From a virus (taxonomy: Duplodnaviria; Caudoviricetes), in the IMG/VR virus record IMGVR_UViG_3300031509_000001, positions 2,136 to 66,135 of that record: a stretch of 64,000 nucleotides of DNA; one strand, written 5' to 3'. The translations under genes and the position numbers were made by a program. The notes beneath the pieces were generated by a model, which searched no databases, had not been told where the DNA came from, and saw nothing but the letters and a program-made list of their open reading frames with translations. Every line of letters begins with the position of its first letter. Position 1 is the first letter of the stretch. Of the stretch, positions 28,415 through 36,705 are shown piece by piece.

Positions 28415-29063
28415 TATACCTTTGAATTACGTACGTTCTTCCTCTTCCTCCTGCTTGCCGGGGCTACCTGAGCGATCCGAGGCTTTCCCCTTTAAGGCAG
28501 CATAGACCCAACCCCCAAGGGGCTTTGGAGAAGGTTTTGGTTCTTTTTTCTTCTCCTGCCCTTTAGGGTTGCGTCGTATGCTGCCTTGGAGGGGGGGTGG
28601 AGGGGGTTGTTTTGTTCTCCTCCTCCTCTTGCCGTACGCTCCGTCGCGTCCGGGTTTCCCCTTTGTTCCTGATTCCTTGGTTTTGGTTTTGGTTTCAGGA
28701 ACAAGAGCAGCCCGAGGGTGGGGAAGGTCCTCCTCGGTTGGCCAGACTATTGACGGTACACATTCCACCGTCCCTGACTGATGCCTTCTAGCCTTTCGAC
28801 CCTGGCCGTGTGATGTTGTGTCAGGTCCCCCTGCTATCACACATCGATGGATTGTAGCCGTGTCTGGTTAGCAGCGGTCGTGTCTTCGTTCTCGCATTCA
28901 CCAGACATGAGGGGCTGTTTGACCCTTTGGGGGGGAAGGCAAAACGCCTGCGCTTGGGCTCGGCGCTTGTCAAAGAACGCTGAACGCCGATATAACTCTC
29001 GGACGCGAAGTCAATCTCCGAGCCTCGCGCAACACGCACGTTGAGTGCGTGCTACAACCATCT
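28415..29063 (-). ncRNA. large structured ncRNA candidate, copy B (family not recognised)
   Basis: Homologous to copy A in the opposite orientation, with longer loops; boundaries approximate. Confidence 0.7.
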
Positions 29064-29070
29064 GAGGCGC

Positions 29071-29099
29071 ATTCTACGCACGTGTGGTGTTGGTGTCAA
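29071..29099 (-). promoter_or_regulatory. sigma70-type promoter of ncRNA copy B
   Basis: Minus strand TTGACA-N17-TAGAAT followed by GCGCCTCAG (copy A: GCCCCTCAG). Confidence 0.8.
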
Positions 29100-29397
29100 G
29101 AGGTGAATTTGCAGTTTTCTGCGATAACGTTAACGAGTGCGTTCTGTATTGATGTTTTTGTGATGTGATGTGATGTATCGCGTAGTGTATTTTCATCTTT
29201 CTGCTCTCACTCTGCTCTCAGTCACTCACGCAATTGACTCAACTCTTCACAGAAGGCCCTGAAACAAGGCGTTTTGATGGCAGGGGTGTGAATGCGGGTC
29301 AGTGATCAAACGCGCCTATAAGTCAAAATGTAACGTTAAAGTGGGGGTGTATAGAGAGGCCTCTGGTTCTTGGTTCTGGTTCTGCTTGTGATTTCCT

Positions 29398-30246
29398 TCA
29401 AGCCCTACGCTGCTGTACTGCGTTCCATGAACCGAGCCCTTGCAGTGCGTAGTAGCAGTTAGGGCAGACGTTGATGAGGGTTTGGTTTTGCCAGGGCAGA
29501 AGAGTAAGCTCTGTGATCCCTGTCCATCCGCAGAAGTAGCAGGAGGAGAAGATGTGAGTTCTGCCTTCGGCTGAGTACAGGGCTTTCGTATGCTCGTGAC
29601 AGAAGGGGCTGTGGTAGGTGATGCCCTTTTGCGGTTTGTACGAGGCAACAGGGGCGTGACAATCTGGCACAGCGCAGATTGTGCGCGTGAGCTTGATCCA
29701 GTTCCTGTGTCGTATTCTGCGTACGCTTTTGGAGACTGTAAAGGGTGTGGCGCTGATTTGCATGAAGGCAGCGTGAGGTAAATCCATCTCCTTATCCCAG
29801 GGGATGTCAAACGGTTTATGAATCGCTGGTGGGGGGCCAGCCTTGTTTTTGTGCTGCTGTGTGCGTTGAATTGCCTTGCGTCGCAGGAGGCTGTGATTGA
29901 TTCGTGCCAGAATTGAGAGGGACAGAATCAGGTGTGTGCCGGAATTTTCCGGAGAGGATAGAGCGACCAGAGCAGAATGCATGCACCAGCGTTTGGGGTT
30001 CGGTGCTTTTCGAAAGGCTCTGACTGCCTTGGCTGCGTATTGGCCTTTTCTTTGCAACGTATCGAACAAGATGTGAATCTTGTCTGCTGTAGCTGAGGCC
30101 ATTACGGACATGGCCATTCTCCAGCCTTCAGTGCTCTTGGGCGTGGTTTCCTGGGGGTTTTCCAGTCTTTGTTCAAGGCTGGAGTAGTAGGCGTCCAGCG
30201 TACTGGCAAGTGCATACTGGCGTCTTGATCGCATGTGTGCCACCAT
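29398..30246 (-). CDS. basic protein with C-terminal Zn finger and degenerate HNH-like module
   Basis: CAVPDC...FCHEH and CYFCG...VCPNCY. Confidence 0.55.
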   Translation of the reverse strand: MVAHMRSRRQYALASTLDAYYSSLEQRLENPQETTPKSTEGWRMAMSVMASATADKIHILFDTLQRKGQYAAKAVRAFRKAPNPKRWCMHSALVALSSPENSGTHLILSLSILARINHSLLRRKAIQRTQQHKNKAGPPPAIHKPFDIPWDKEMDLPHAAFMQISATPFTVSKSVRRIRHRNWIKLTRTICAVPDCHAPVASYKPQKGITYHSPFCHEHTKALYSAEGRTHIFSSCYFCGWTGITELTLLPWQNQTLINVCPNCYYALQGLGSWNAVQQRRA

Positions 30247-30309
30247 TAACTTGTGTGTGGACGATGAGATTTAACAAAGTTGATGCGTATCGCCTCGTAG
30301 AGAGATGTT

Positions 30310-32157
30310 ATGGCAGCAAGTAGAATTGCGCAACCGCGGAGGCGGTCACTCTTTTCGTCGCCTGGATCCTCGTGGTCGGCAGTGAGTCTCGGAGGTGCGC
30401 TGTTGGACACGCTCAGCGATCCGCCGAGGCCTGATGCGATTCGGTTTCGTTTGAACATGGAGCTTACCAGAGGGGGTGGAGAAGGGGCAGGTGGCCCTAT
30501 GGAGGTTCGCCCAAGGCAAGGTTTTATCCCCCTTTGGTTCAACGGGATTGGGGTTCCTGCGTACTGGGGTAAGGATGTAGACCTGCGGATTCAACAGCCT
30601 TCGGAGACGTTGCCACGGCTTGAATTGCGGTTGGTCAATGAATTTACGCGGAGTGATGGAGTTGGCCGGTTGTGGGCCTTTGGTGTGAAGCGAGTGGGGT
30701 ACGAATGGGGCGGGACTGGAGCGTGGGTGTTGAATGAGCCCGGATTAGACTGGAGGGCCCTGACGATGCCGTCCTCATGGCAGGGGCAGGGGTTTGACTG
30801 GGCTTACGGGTATGAGGTCCCACAAATTGCACAGATGCATGACAAGCTGATTTACGTAGCTTCGGGGACCAAGCCCTTTGCGATCGACATGCACACGTAT
30901 GCCCTGGAGAAAATACCGAGCCTTACCGAAGGTCAAGGAGGGCTCGATCCTGTCACCGAGGCCAAGGTTTGTCTGGCGCACAAGGGGATGATCCTGTTGA
31001 TGAACCTGCGCATGGGTGGGGTGGATTGCCCTACTCGCGTGGTCTGGTCGGACATTAACCGGTTATACTTTGGCTTGCAGGATTTGGATGGAGTGGCTCC
31101 TGTGACCGGCTGGCAGGACCTTGAATACGGGGATGAGATCGTGGCTGCAGGGGAGTTGCACGACCAGATTGTGATTTACACAAGACGCGCGATCTGGACG
31201 ATGCGTTTCCTGCCGACCACGAACAGTCTTTGGGCGTGGCGCAAGGTTTACGATGACAAGTCGGGCCGCTCAGGTTTGCCCGCGTATCGGTTTTCGCTGG
31301 TGTCAGATGGGCGCTTTCACTACTACGTGGGATATGACGGCATCTACAGGTTCAACCCGCTGATGACGCAGCCGGAACGAGAGGCATGGATCGATGCCGC
31401 ATCAGGCCTGATGTTCAAGCCTGACTCGAGACTGCGAATCAACCCGCTTGCACGGAATTCCGTTATCGGGGCTAAGGTGCCCACTACAGACGAGATCTGG
31501 TTCAGTTGGCTGAGCGCTGATGCAGGTGGGTGGACACTGTGTCTGAACATCCCCAAACAGTACGCTGATTACATGGACGTTGGCTGGCAAGCGCTGGGTG
31601 GGTTCCGTGCGTTCGGTAGAAATGAACCGATTCCGATCGGTGTTTTGTACGATGACAACACGATCAAGCATATTCAGGCCGGGTTTAGTCGTTATGTGTA
31701 TGAGATAACGCCGGAAGAGCGTCTGAGGCCGTTGTTGGGTAAACAGGTTGGCCCAAGTGGCTACCTTGTGTTGGCGTATGGGTTTGTTCCGGGGGCTGGT
31801 GGTGTGTCAAGGACACGTTTGACTGCTGTCCGTGCCGAGATGGGCCGGTTGAGCGGCGATGCTATTGGTCTGGGCCTCAGGACGACCTCGGCGGCCAGGT
31901 TGATCGATCCTAACCGACAACTGATGCGTCTGGCGGCTCCGGCGCCGCTACAGTTTCGAGACTGGGGCGTGGCGAGGGTTTATGCGACCAGCAACGACCA
32001 GGAGATTTTAACCTGGGCAACGCAGGAGGAGGGTGTTTACATCATCTGGGAACTTACCGTGGGTCACCCAAACGACACCAGTGCGCTTTCAGGGGGAAGC
32101 ATTTCACTGGGGCACCTGTTGTTTGAGATCGCGCCGGTTGGCGTTACTCCCTACTAG
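30310..32157 (+). CDS. tail tubular / head-closure beta-propeller protein (P22 gp10 / T7 gp12-like)
   Basis: 615 aa, beta-rich; RVVWSD, GDEIVAAGELHDQIVIYTRRAIW, YYVGYDGIYRF, DEIWFS. Confidence 0.65.
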   Translation: MAASRIAQPRRRSLFSSPGSSWSAVSLGGALLDTLSDPPRPDAIRFRLNMELTRGGGEGAGGPMEVRPRQGFIPLWFNGIGVPAYWGKDVDLRIQQPSETLPRLELRLVNEFTRSDGVGRLWAFGVKRVGYEWGGTGAWVLNEPGLDWRALTMPSSWQGQGFDWAYGYEVPQIAQMHDKLIYVASGTKPFAIDMHTYALEKIPSLTEGQGGLDPVTEAKVCLAHKGMILLMNLRMGGVDCPTRVVWSDINRLYFGLQDLDGVAPVTGWQDLEYGDEIVAAGELHDQIVIYTRRAIWTMRFLPTTNSLWAWRKVYDDKSGRSGLPAYRFSLVSDGRFHYYVGYDGIYRFNPLMTQPEREAWIDAASGLMFKPDSRLRINPLARNSVIGAKVPTTDEIWFSWLSADAGGWTLCLNIPKQYADYMDVGWQALGGFRAFGRNEPIPIGVLYDDNTIKHIQAGFSRYVYEITPEERLRPLLGKQVGPSGYLVLAYGFVPGAGGVSRTRLTAVRAEMGRLSGDAIGLGLRTTSAARLIDPNRQLMRLAAPAPLQFRDWGVARVYATSNDQEILTWATQEEGVYIIWELTVGHPNDTSALSGGSISLGHLLFEIAPVGVTPY

Positions 32158-32828
32158 CACATCCAGTTCAATTCGCTCAGGTAGGCTCGCATGTGTTCAC
32201 GAAGGGAAACCAACGTTTCCGGCCGACTCCGTGTTGCGACGCGATAGACGACGCTCTGCGTGGAAGAATCTGCGCAGGTCCATGTAATGGTGTTATCTTC
32301 CAATGACACGTAGGCGCTATCGAAGTAAACACGCTGTTGTAACGTGTTCAGTGCTTGCTGCCTGGCCGTCTCTCTGGCCTTTTCGTACGCATCTGCGAGA
32401 CTGATTTGACTGGTGGCGGTTGCCTCTGCGCAAGCGCGTCCTTCGTCGACTCTGTAGAGGTCGAATTTGATGGTGTCGTCCAGGAATCCGCCCGGCCCGG
32501 TGGCATCCACGCGAATCTGAATCTCCTTGAGCTTGTCGTTGGTGGTGATGCAATGGCCAATCGGGACGTAAATCTCCCAGCGTCTGCCAGAAAGGTCCTG
32601 CACCCATTGGTAGGGGGTACCCAGGTTGTGCCCTGTAACGTTGTTATGCCAGGCGTAGAGCGGGACAGGCAGGTCATACGAAGTAGTGCCCAGCACAATG
32701 AATTTGGTGGGCGCGTATGTACCGTGCGTGAGATCCTCCTCAGTGGTTCCCGACATCACAAGGAGGCCAACGCGCTCTGGCGGGTTGAGCGTAATTTTGT
32801 AGCAGGCAGGCACAGGATTTGCGGGCAT
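32154..32828 (-). CDS. putative virion protein
   Basis: End of the structural operon; ATATSQISLADAYEKARETARQQA resembles DUF5977-type repeats. Confidence 0.5.
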   Translation of the reverse strand: MPANPVPACYKITLNPPERVGLLVMSGTTEEDLTHGTYAPTKFIVLGTTSYDLPVPLYAWHNNVTGHNLGTPYQWVQDLSGRRWEIYVPIGHCITTNDKLKEIQIRVDATGPGGFLDDTIKFDLYRVDEGRACAEATATSQISLADAYEKARETARQQALNTLQQRVYFDSAYVSLEDNTITWTCADSSTQSVVYRVATRSRPETLVSLREHMRAYLSELNWMC

Positions 32829-32833
32829 AGGTC

Positions 32834-35800
32834 TTACAACTCCTCTACATCAATACTGACAACATGTACGCCTTGCATGTAGTAGGCCCAAACATCGGCG
32901 CCTTCCCCCGGAAAGTATCCGTGGCCCTCATAGCAGTATTGCGCACCGCCGCCGGGGCCTCGCCAGGTGGCACAGTCCACACACCGGAAGTATTTTTCTT
33001 CCTCGGGATAATGGCCAGCGGCTGTCTGCTGCTCAATGGCCACGCTTTGGAGTTGGGGCCAGATAAAGGTTTCAAACCAGCCCGCATTGGTGGTGCAATG
33101 CGGCCAGAACCAATCTGACGGACGTCCGGGGGCCTTGAGATACTGGATGAAAGGCTGGGTCTGCCAATTCGGTTGGTTCTTGAGCGTATGCCAACGGATC
33201 ATGTGTGGCAGCATTTGCGAGCGTGCATAGGGCCAGACGATTGCCGTGCTGTTATCCGAAGTAGACAGGTACAACCCCAGGGCCAGGTCTGGGTTGTTTC
33301 CGGCAGTTACTTGGAACTCAAAGGTGCTATCCAACAGGGCAATGGGGAATGGACTCAGCAACAGAGACATCACCGTGCTGTTCTGTGGCAGGCCGTAATC
33401 GGTAATCACAAGGTTGTCTCGCCATAGCGAAGCATTGCGAAGCGATGGCCACTGAGGCAGGACAAGGGCCGGATGTCCACCCGGGTCTTCGGAAGCTGTG
33501 GCTACAGGCATGGCTGTGGTATTCAATGTCCAGACTTCAAGTGGTTGGTCGGTAGATCGATTGTACAGACTCAGCATGTAAAGGTTGAACCCAACGGCTG
33601 CCCCGGCAAACCTAAGGATGTCCGGATGTGCCCCCGGCCTGGCCCAAAGTGATGGATCCAGTTTGGCATGAACGATGGGCGCCCAGGAGCGGACGGCTGC
33701 ACAGCCGCCCAGGTTGGCATAACTTCCGGATCCGGACAGATACTGTGTTTCCAGCTTGTTCAACAGCCCAGCGTGGAAGTTGGGGTGTCCGTGATGGAGC
33801 GAGGTATGATGAAAAATGAAGTCTGGGGACCAGTCCCACATTTCCCACGCACCCGACGGCCCTGTCCACGTAACCCATTGCCATTGCCAGATTCGTTCCT
33901 GCGCCGTAAGGCCCCAGTACCTCTGCCAGCCAGCCGACCATTCCAACCCTAGTGGAGTCATCCGGTTCTCTGTCACAACATCCCATCCGGCTGGCCGGTA
34001 CGGGTCGTACAACAGAGGGCTCACATAACACGGCTTGAAATCCAGAATGCCCTCGCCTGTGTTGCGCCTGGTTAGTTGGCGCAGCTCCACACAACCCCAA
34101 AGCCGCACACGGACTCGGAATGTCCCCGCGCGATCAACGCCGTGCTCGGACAGCGGTACCCAACTGATGGTGCGCAACTCAGTTGGGTGAAGATTGTTTT
34201 CGCCAAATACAACGTTGGGCATGTGCGAGCAGTGATATTTCTCGCAGTAGGGCTGTCCCGTATACTCGTTCGGGTCACCACTTGGGTTGATGCCCACGCC
34301 GCTGTACCAGCGTGCCTTTCGGGAGCCGACAGCAACACCAGCCATGCTGCGTTCGCTGCCTTCAGGTGGCTCGGGCGGTGGTTCTGGGGCGCCTGACGGG
34401 CAGTCTAACCGTTGAACAGTCTGAGGTGTAATCTTTTGTCTTTGCAGTGCAATGGGGACGCTCAGTATTGGTGTGTCATTCGGCCCTGGCGGCATTTGCC
34501 ACGGAGGAACGTCCAGGCCGGCGGCGGCTTCATCTGACGTGACACATTCGTATGCTGAGGCTCTGTAATTGCCTGTTGGCACGGCCCCCAGTTCAATGTC
34601 CTGTGGGACATTGGTCGGCATGGGCATTGGGGTTGGGACAAGGCCGCGTGCATAGGGCGGGCACCCTTCCCCATCACAGAGAACATGGTTTGGATTTTGT
34701 GCGCAAGGGTTGGGCAGCTCAATAAAGTTCTCCTGCGAGAAGTCATCCTCCAGAACCGGCACACGATCCGTGTCGTTGTGGAATCGAACTGAGTCAATCA
34801 ACAGCCCTGCTGTGCCGGTAACATCCACTGCAAGCTGCGCAATTTCGATAATGACATCCGTTTGATTTTGCGTCGGCGTGTATTCCAGACGCAATTCTGT
34901 CCAGGCAGCTTGATGCGTATTGAAGTCAAGCACACGCGAAGCAAGCTCAACCCTTGTACCTGCCGTCACGTAATAAGGCGGGCGCATGGCCGGATGCGCG
35001 CCGGCCAACATGTCTGCATCACGTGTGCGGTCGTGATGCTCTGTTGGATAGTTGCTGTCGTTCTTGTTGTACGCGGCCAGCTTGTACCACTGGCCGGTAG
35101 TAGCCGAGTGTTTCCAGACGATGACCCGGTCAAAGCCCGTGGGGAAACTGGTGGTGTTGGGCAGGGCGATGCGGACCACCGCCTTGCGCCTGGTCACGCT
35201 GGCGCTGGTGGGGTTGGCGGAAGGCATGGATTGCCCGCCGTTGTCATCCTGCCATGTAAATGCGTACTGATAGGTTTCCTCTGGGATGGTGACGTTCTCC
35301 GGATCGTTCGGGTCGCCATCCTCTACGAGTGGAGCGGCCGGGTCCGGCGCTGCGCCCACGGAAGGAACGTCATCCAGCCGAATTAAGCTGATTTTTACCT
35401 TGTCTGTTCTGCCTAAAGGCAGTGCAACCCGGTTATTGGGCGCACAGACCACGCTGAGCCTGTACTTCTTGTTGGCAGTCAGCGGATAGCGGTTGATGGA
35501 CCACAAGACCGGCTGTTGACCGTCCACGGACAGCAAATCCATGTACTGGCCGCTGCCCGGCATGACATCCCAAAGGCCGTTGCCCAGCAAACGACTGGTG
35601 CCTCTGTCCACCCACCAGTACTGCCAGCTTGCGTAGGACAGGTCCGGCCTAAGTATACTGTGCCCGCCGTGGTAGCAGTTCATGCCACACAGTCCGGCCA
35701 GCTCTCCGACCAACTGCAGATACGCAGGATGTTCATCGAGCGATCGAAAACTGACGTTGTGCACAGCTCGGATGTTGTAGCCGGGGCGGGCAAAGATGGC

Positions 35801-36703
35801 CGAGGTCAACGCTCCGTCTACACTGGGCGCAACGGCATAGCTGACGATCGTGACACCGAGAGACTGAATGAGCTGGAGCTTGTGGCGTATTGCGTCACTG
35901 TTCTGATTCGCTGTGATCTGGAAGTCGGACAGAATGCAAAGGATGGGGATGGTTTGTTCTCTGGCTTCCGGGTGTGCGGGGTCGTTCAGCAGGGCGTCAA
36001 AGTAGCTGTAGGCATAGTCCAGCAGCATAGTAAACGATGTCTTGTGCTGCGTGGCGGACATGGAGGCAGCGCGTTGGCGCAGGATCGCCCTTTCTGCACT
36101 GGCCGGTGTGCTGATGGGGATGACCTGTTCATGAGTAAATCCGATGATGGCGGCCTTGTTCTTGCGCAGGTTAAGTTTCTGCAGCAGATCGTTCAGCCAG
36201 TACTTGGTGGCATCCAGGCGGCGTCCAATCCGACCGATCGACATGGTCATGGACTCGGTTAGGTCGACGGCAAACAGGATGTGAGCACTCAAAGCCGCGC
36301 AGCAGGAATACGGGTCGTCGGAATCCAGGACTCGCACCGTCATGACTGCGGCGTACTCGGTATTGCGGTAGCGCATGCTGGCGCGCACCTGAGCAAGGCC
36401 AGGCTTCACGCCGATCAGCAGGCCATAGGATCCCCACTGCAATACGGACGGGTTGGAGCTGGTGACCGTGACATGTTCGGTCACGTCCTCCTCGATGTAC
36501 CGAGAGGCCAGCCTGCCTGATTCGATTGTGGTTCGGGCCATGACAACCCGCGTTGCCACGGCCAAACCCTTGCAGAGAGTGTCGCGCTGTGGCCAGAAGA
36601 GAAGCTCGCGCGTTTCCGTACTGATCGGTGCCCCTGGGATTTCACCCGGCCAGGTAAGACACTCGCGTACGCGATAGATGACGTTGCCAATCGTGCTATT
36701 CAT
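32834..36703 (-). CDS. large virion protein with Ig-like (Big_2) and vWA domains
   Basis: VTSSNPSVL...GVKPGLAQVRAS (Ig-like); ILFAVDLTESM, AAIIGF, TSF and CILSDFQ (vWA/MIDAS-like). Confidence 0.7.
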   Translation of the reverse strand: MNSTIGNVIYRVRECLTWPGEIPGAPISTETRELLFWPQRDTLCKGLAVATRVVMARTTIESGRLASRYIEEDVTEHVTVTSSNPSVLQWGSYGLLIGVKPGLAQVRASMRYRNTEYAAVMTVRVLDSDDPYSCCAALSAHILFAVDLTESMTMSIGRIGRRLDATKYWLNDLLQKLNLRKNKAAIIGFTHEQVIPISTPASAERAILRQRAASMSATQHKTSFTMLLDYAYSYFDALLNDPAHPEAREQTIPILCILSDFQITANQNSDAIRHKLQLIQSLGVTIVSYAVAPSVDGALTSAIFARPGYNIRAVHNVSFRSLDEHPAYLQLVGELAGLCGMNCYHGGHSILRPDLSYASWQYWWVDRGTSRLLGNGLWDVMPGSGQYMDLLSVDGQQPVLWSINRYPLTANKKYRLSVVCAPNNRVALPLGRTDKVKISLIRLDDVPSVGAAPDPAAPLVEDGDPNDPENVTIPEETYQYAFTWQDDNGGQSMPSANPTSASVTRRKAVVRIALPNTTSFPTGFDRVIVWKHSATTGQWYKLAAYNKNDSNYPTEHHDRTRDADMLAGAHPAMRPPYYVTAGTRVELASRVLDFNTHQAAWTELRLEYTPTQNQTDVIIEIAQLAVDVTGTAGLLIDSVRFHNDTDRVPVLEDDFSQENFIELPNPCAQNPNHVLCDGEGCPPYARGLVPTPMPMPTNVPQDIELGAVPTGNYRASAYECVTSDEAAAGLDVPPWQMPPGPNDTPILSVPIALQRQKITPQTVQRLDCPSGAPEPPPEPPEGSERSMAGVAVGSRKARWYSGVGINPSGDPNEYTGQPYCEKYHCSHMPNVVFGENNLHPTELRTISWVPLSEHGVDRAGTFRVRVRLWGCVELRQLTRRNTGEGILDFKPCYVSPLLYDPYRPAGWDVVTENRMTPLGLEWSAGWQRYWGLTAQERIWQWQWVTWTGPSGAWEMWDWSPDFIFHHTSLHHGHPNFHAGLLNKLETQYLSGSGSYANLGGCAAVRSWAPIVHAKLDPSLWARPGAHPDILRFAGAAVGFNLYMLSLYNRSTDQPLEVWTLNTTAMPVATASEDPGGHPALVLPQWPSLRNASLWRDNLVITDYGLPQNSTVMSLLLSPFPIALLDSTFEFQVTAGNNPDLALGLYLSTSDNSTAIVWPYARSQMLPHMIRWHTLKNQPNWQTQPFIQYLKAPGRPSDWFWPHCTTNAGWFETFIWPQLQSVAIEQQTAAGHYPEEEKYFRCVDCATWRGPGGGAQYCYEGHGYFPGEGADVWAYYMQGVHVVSIDVEEL

Positions 36704-36705
36704 GG

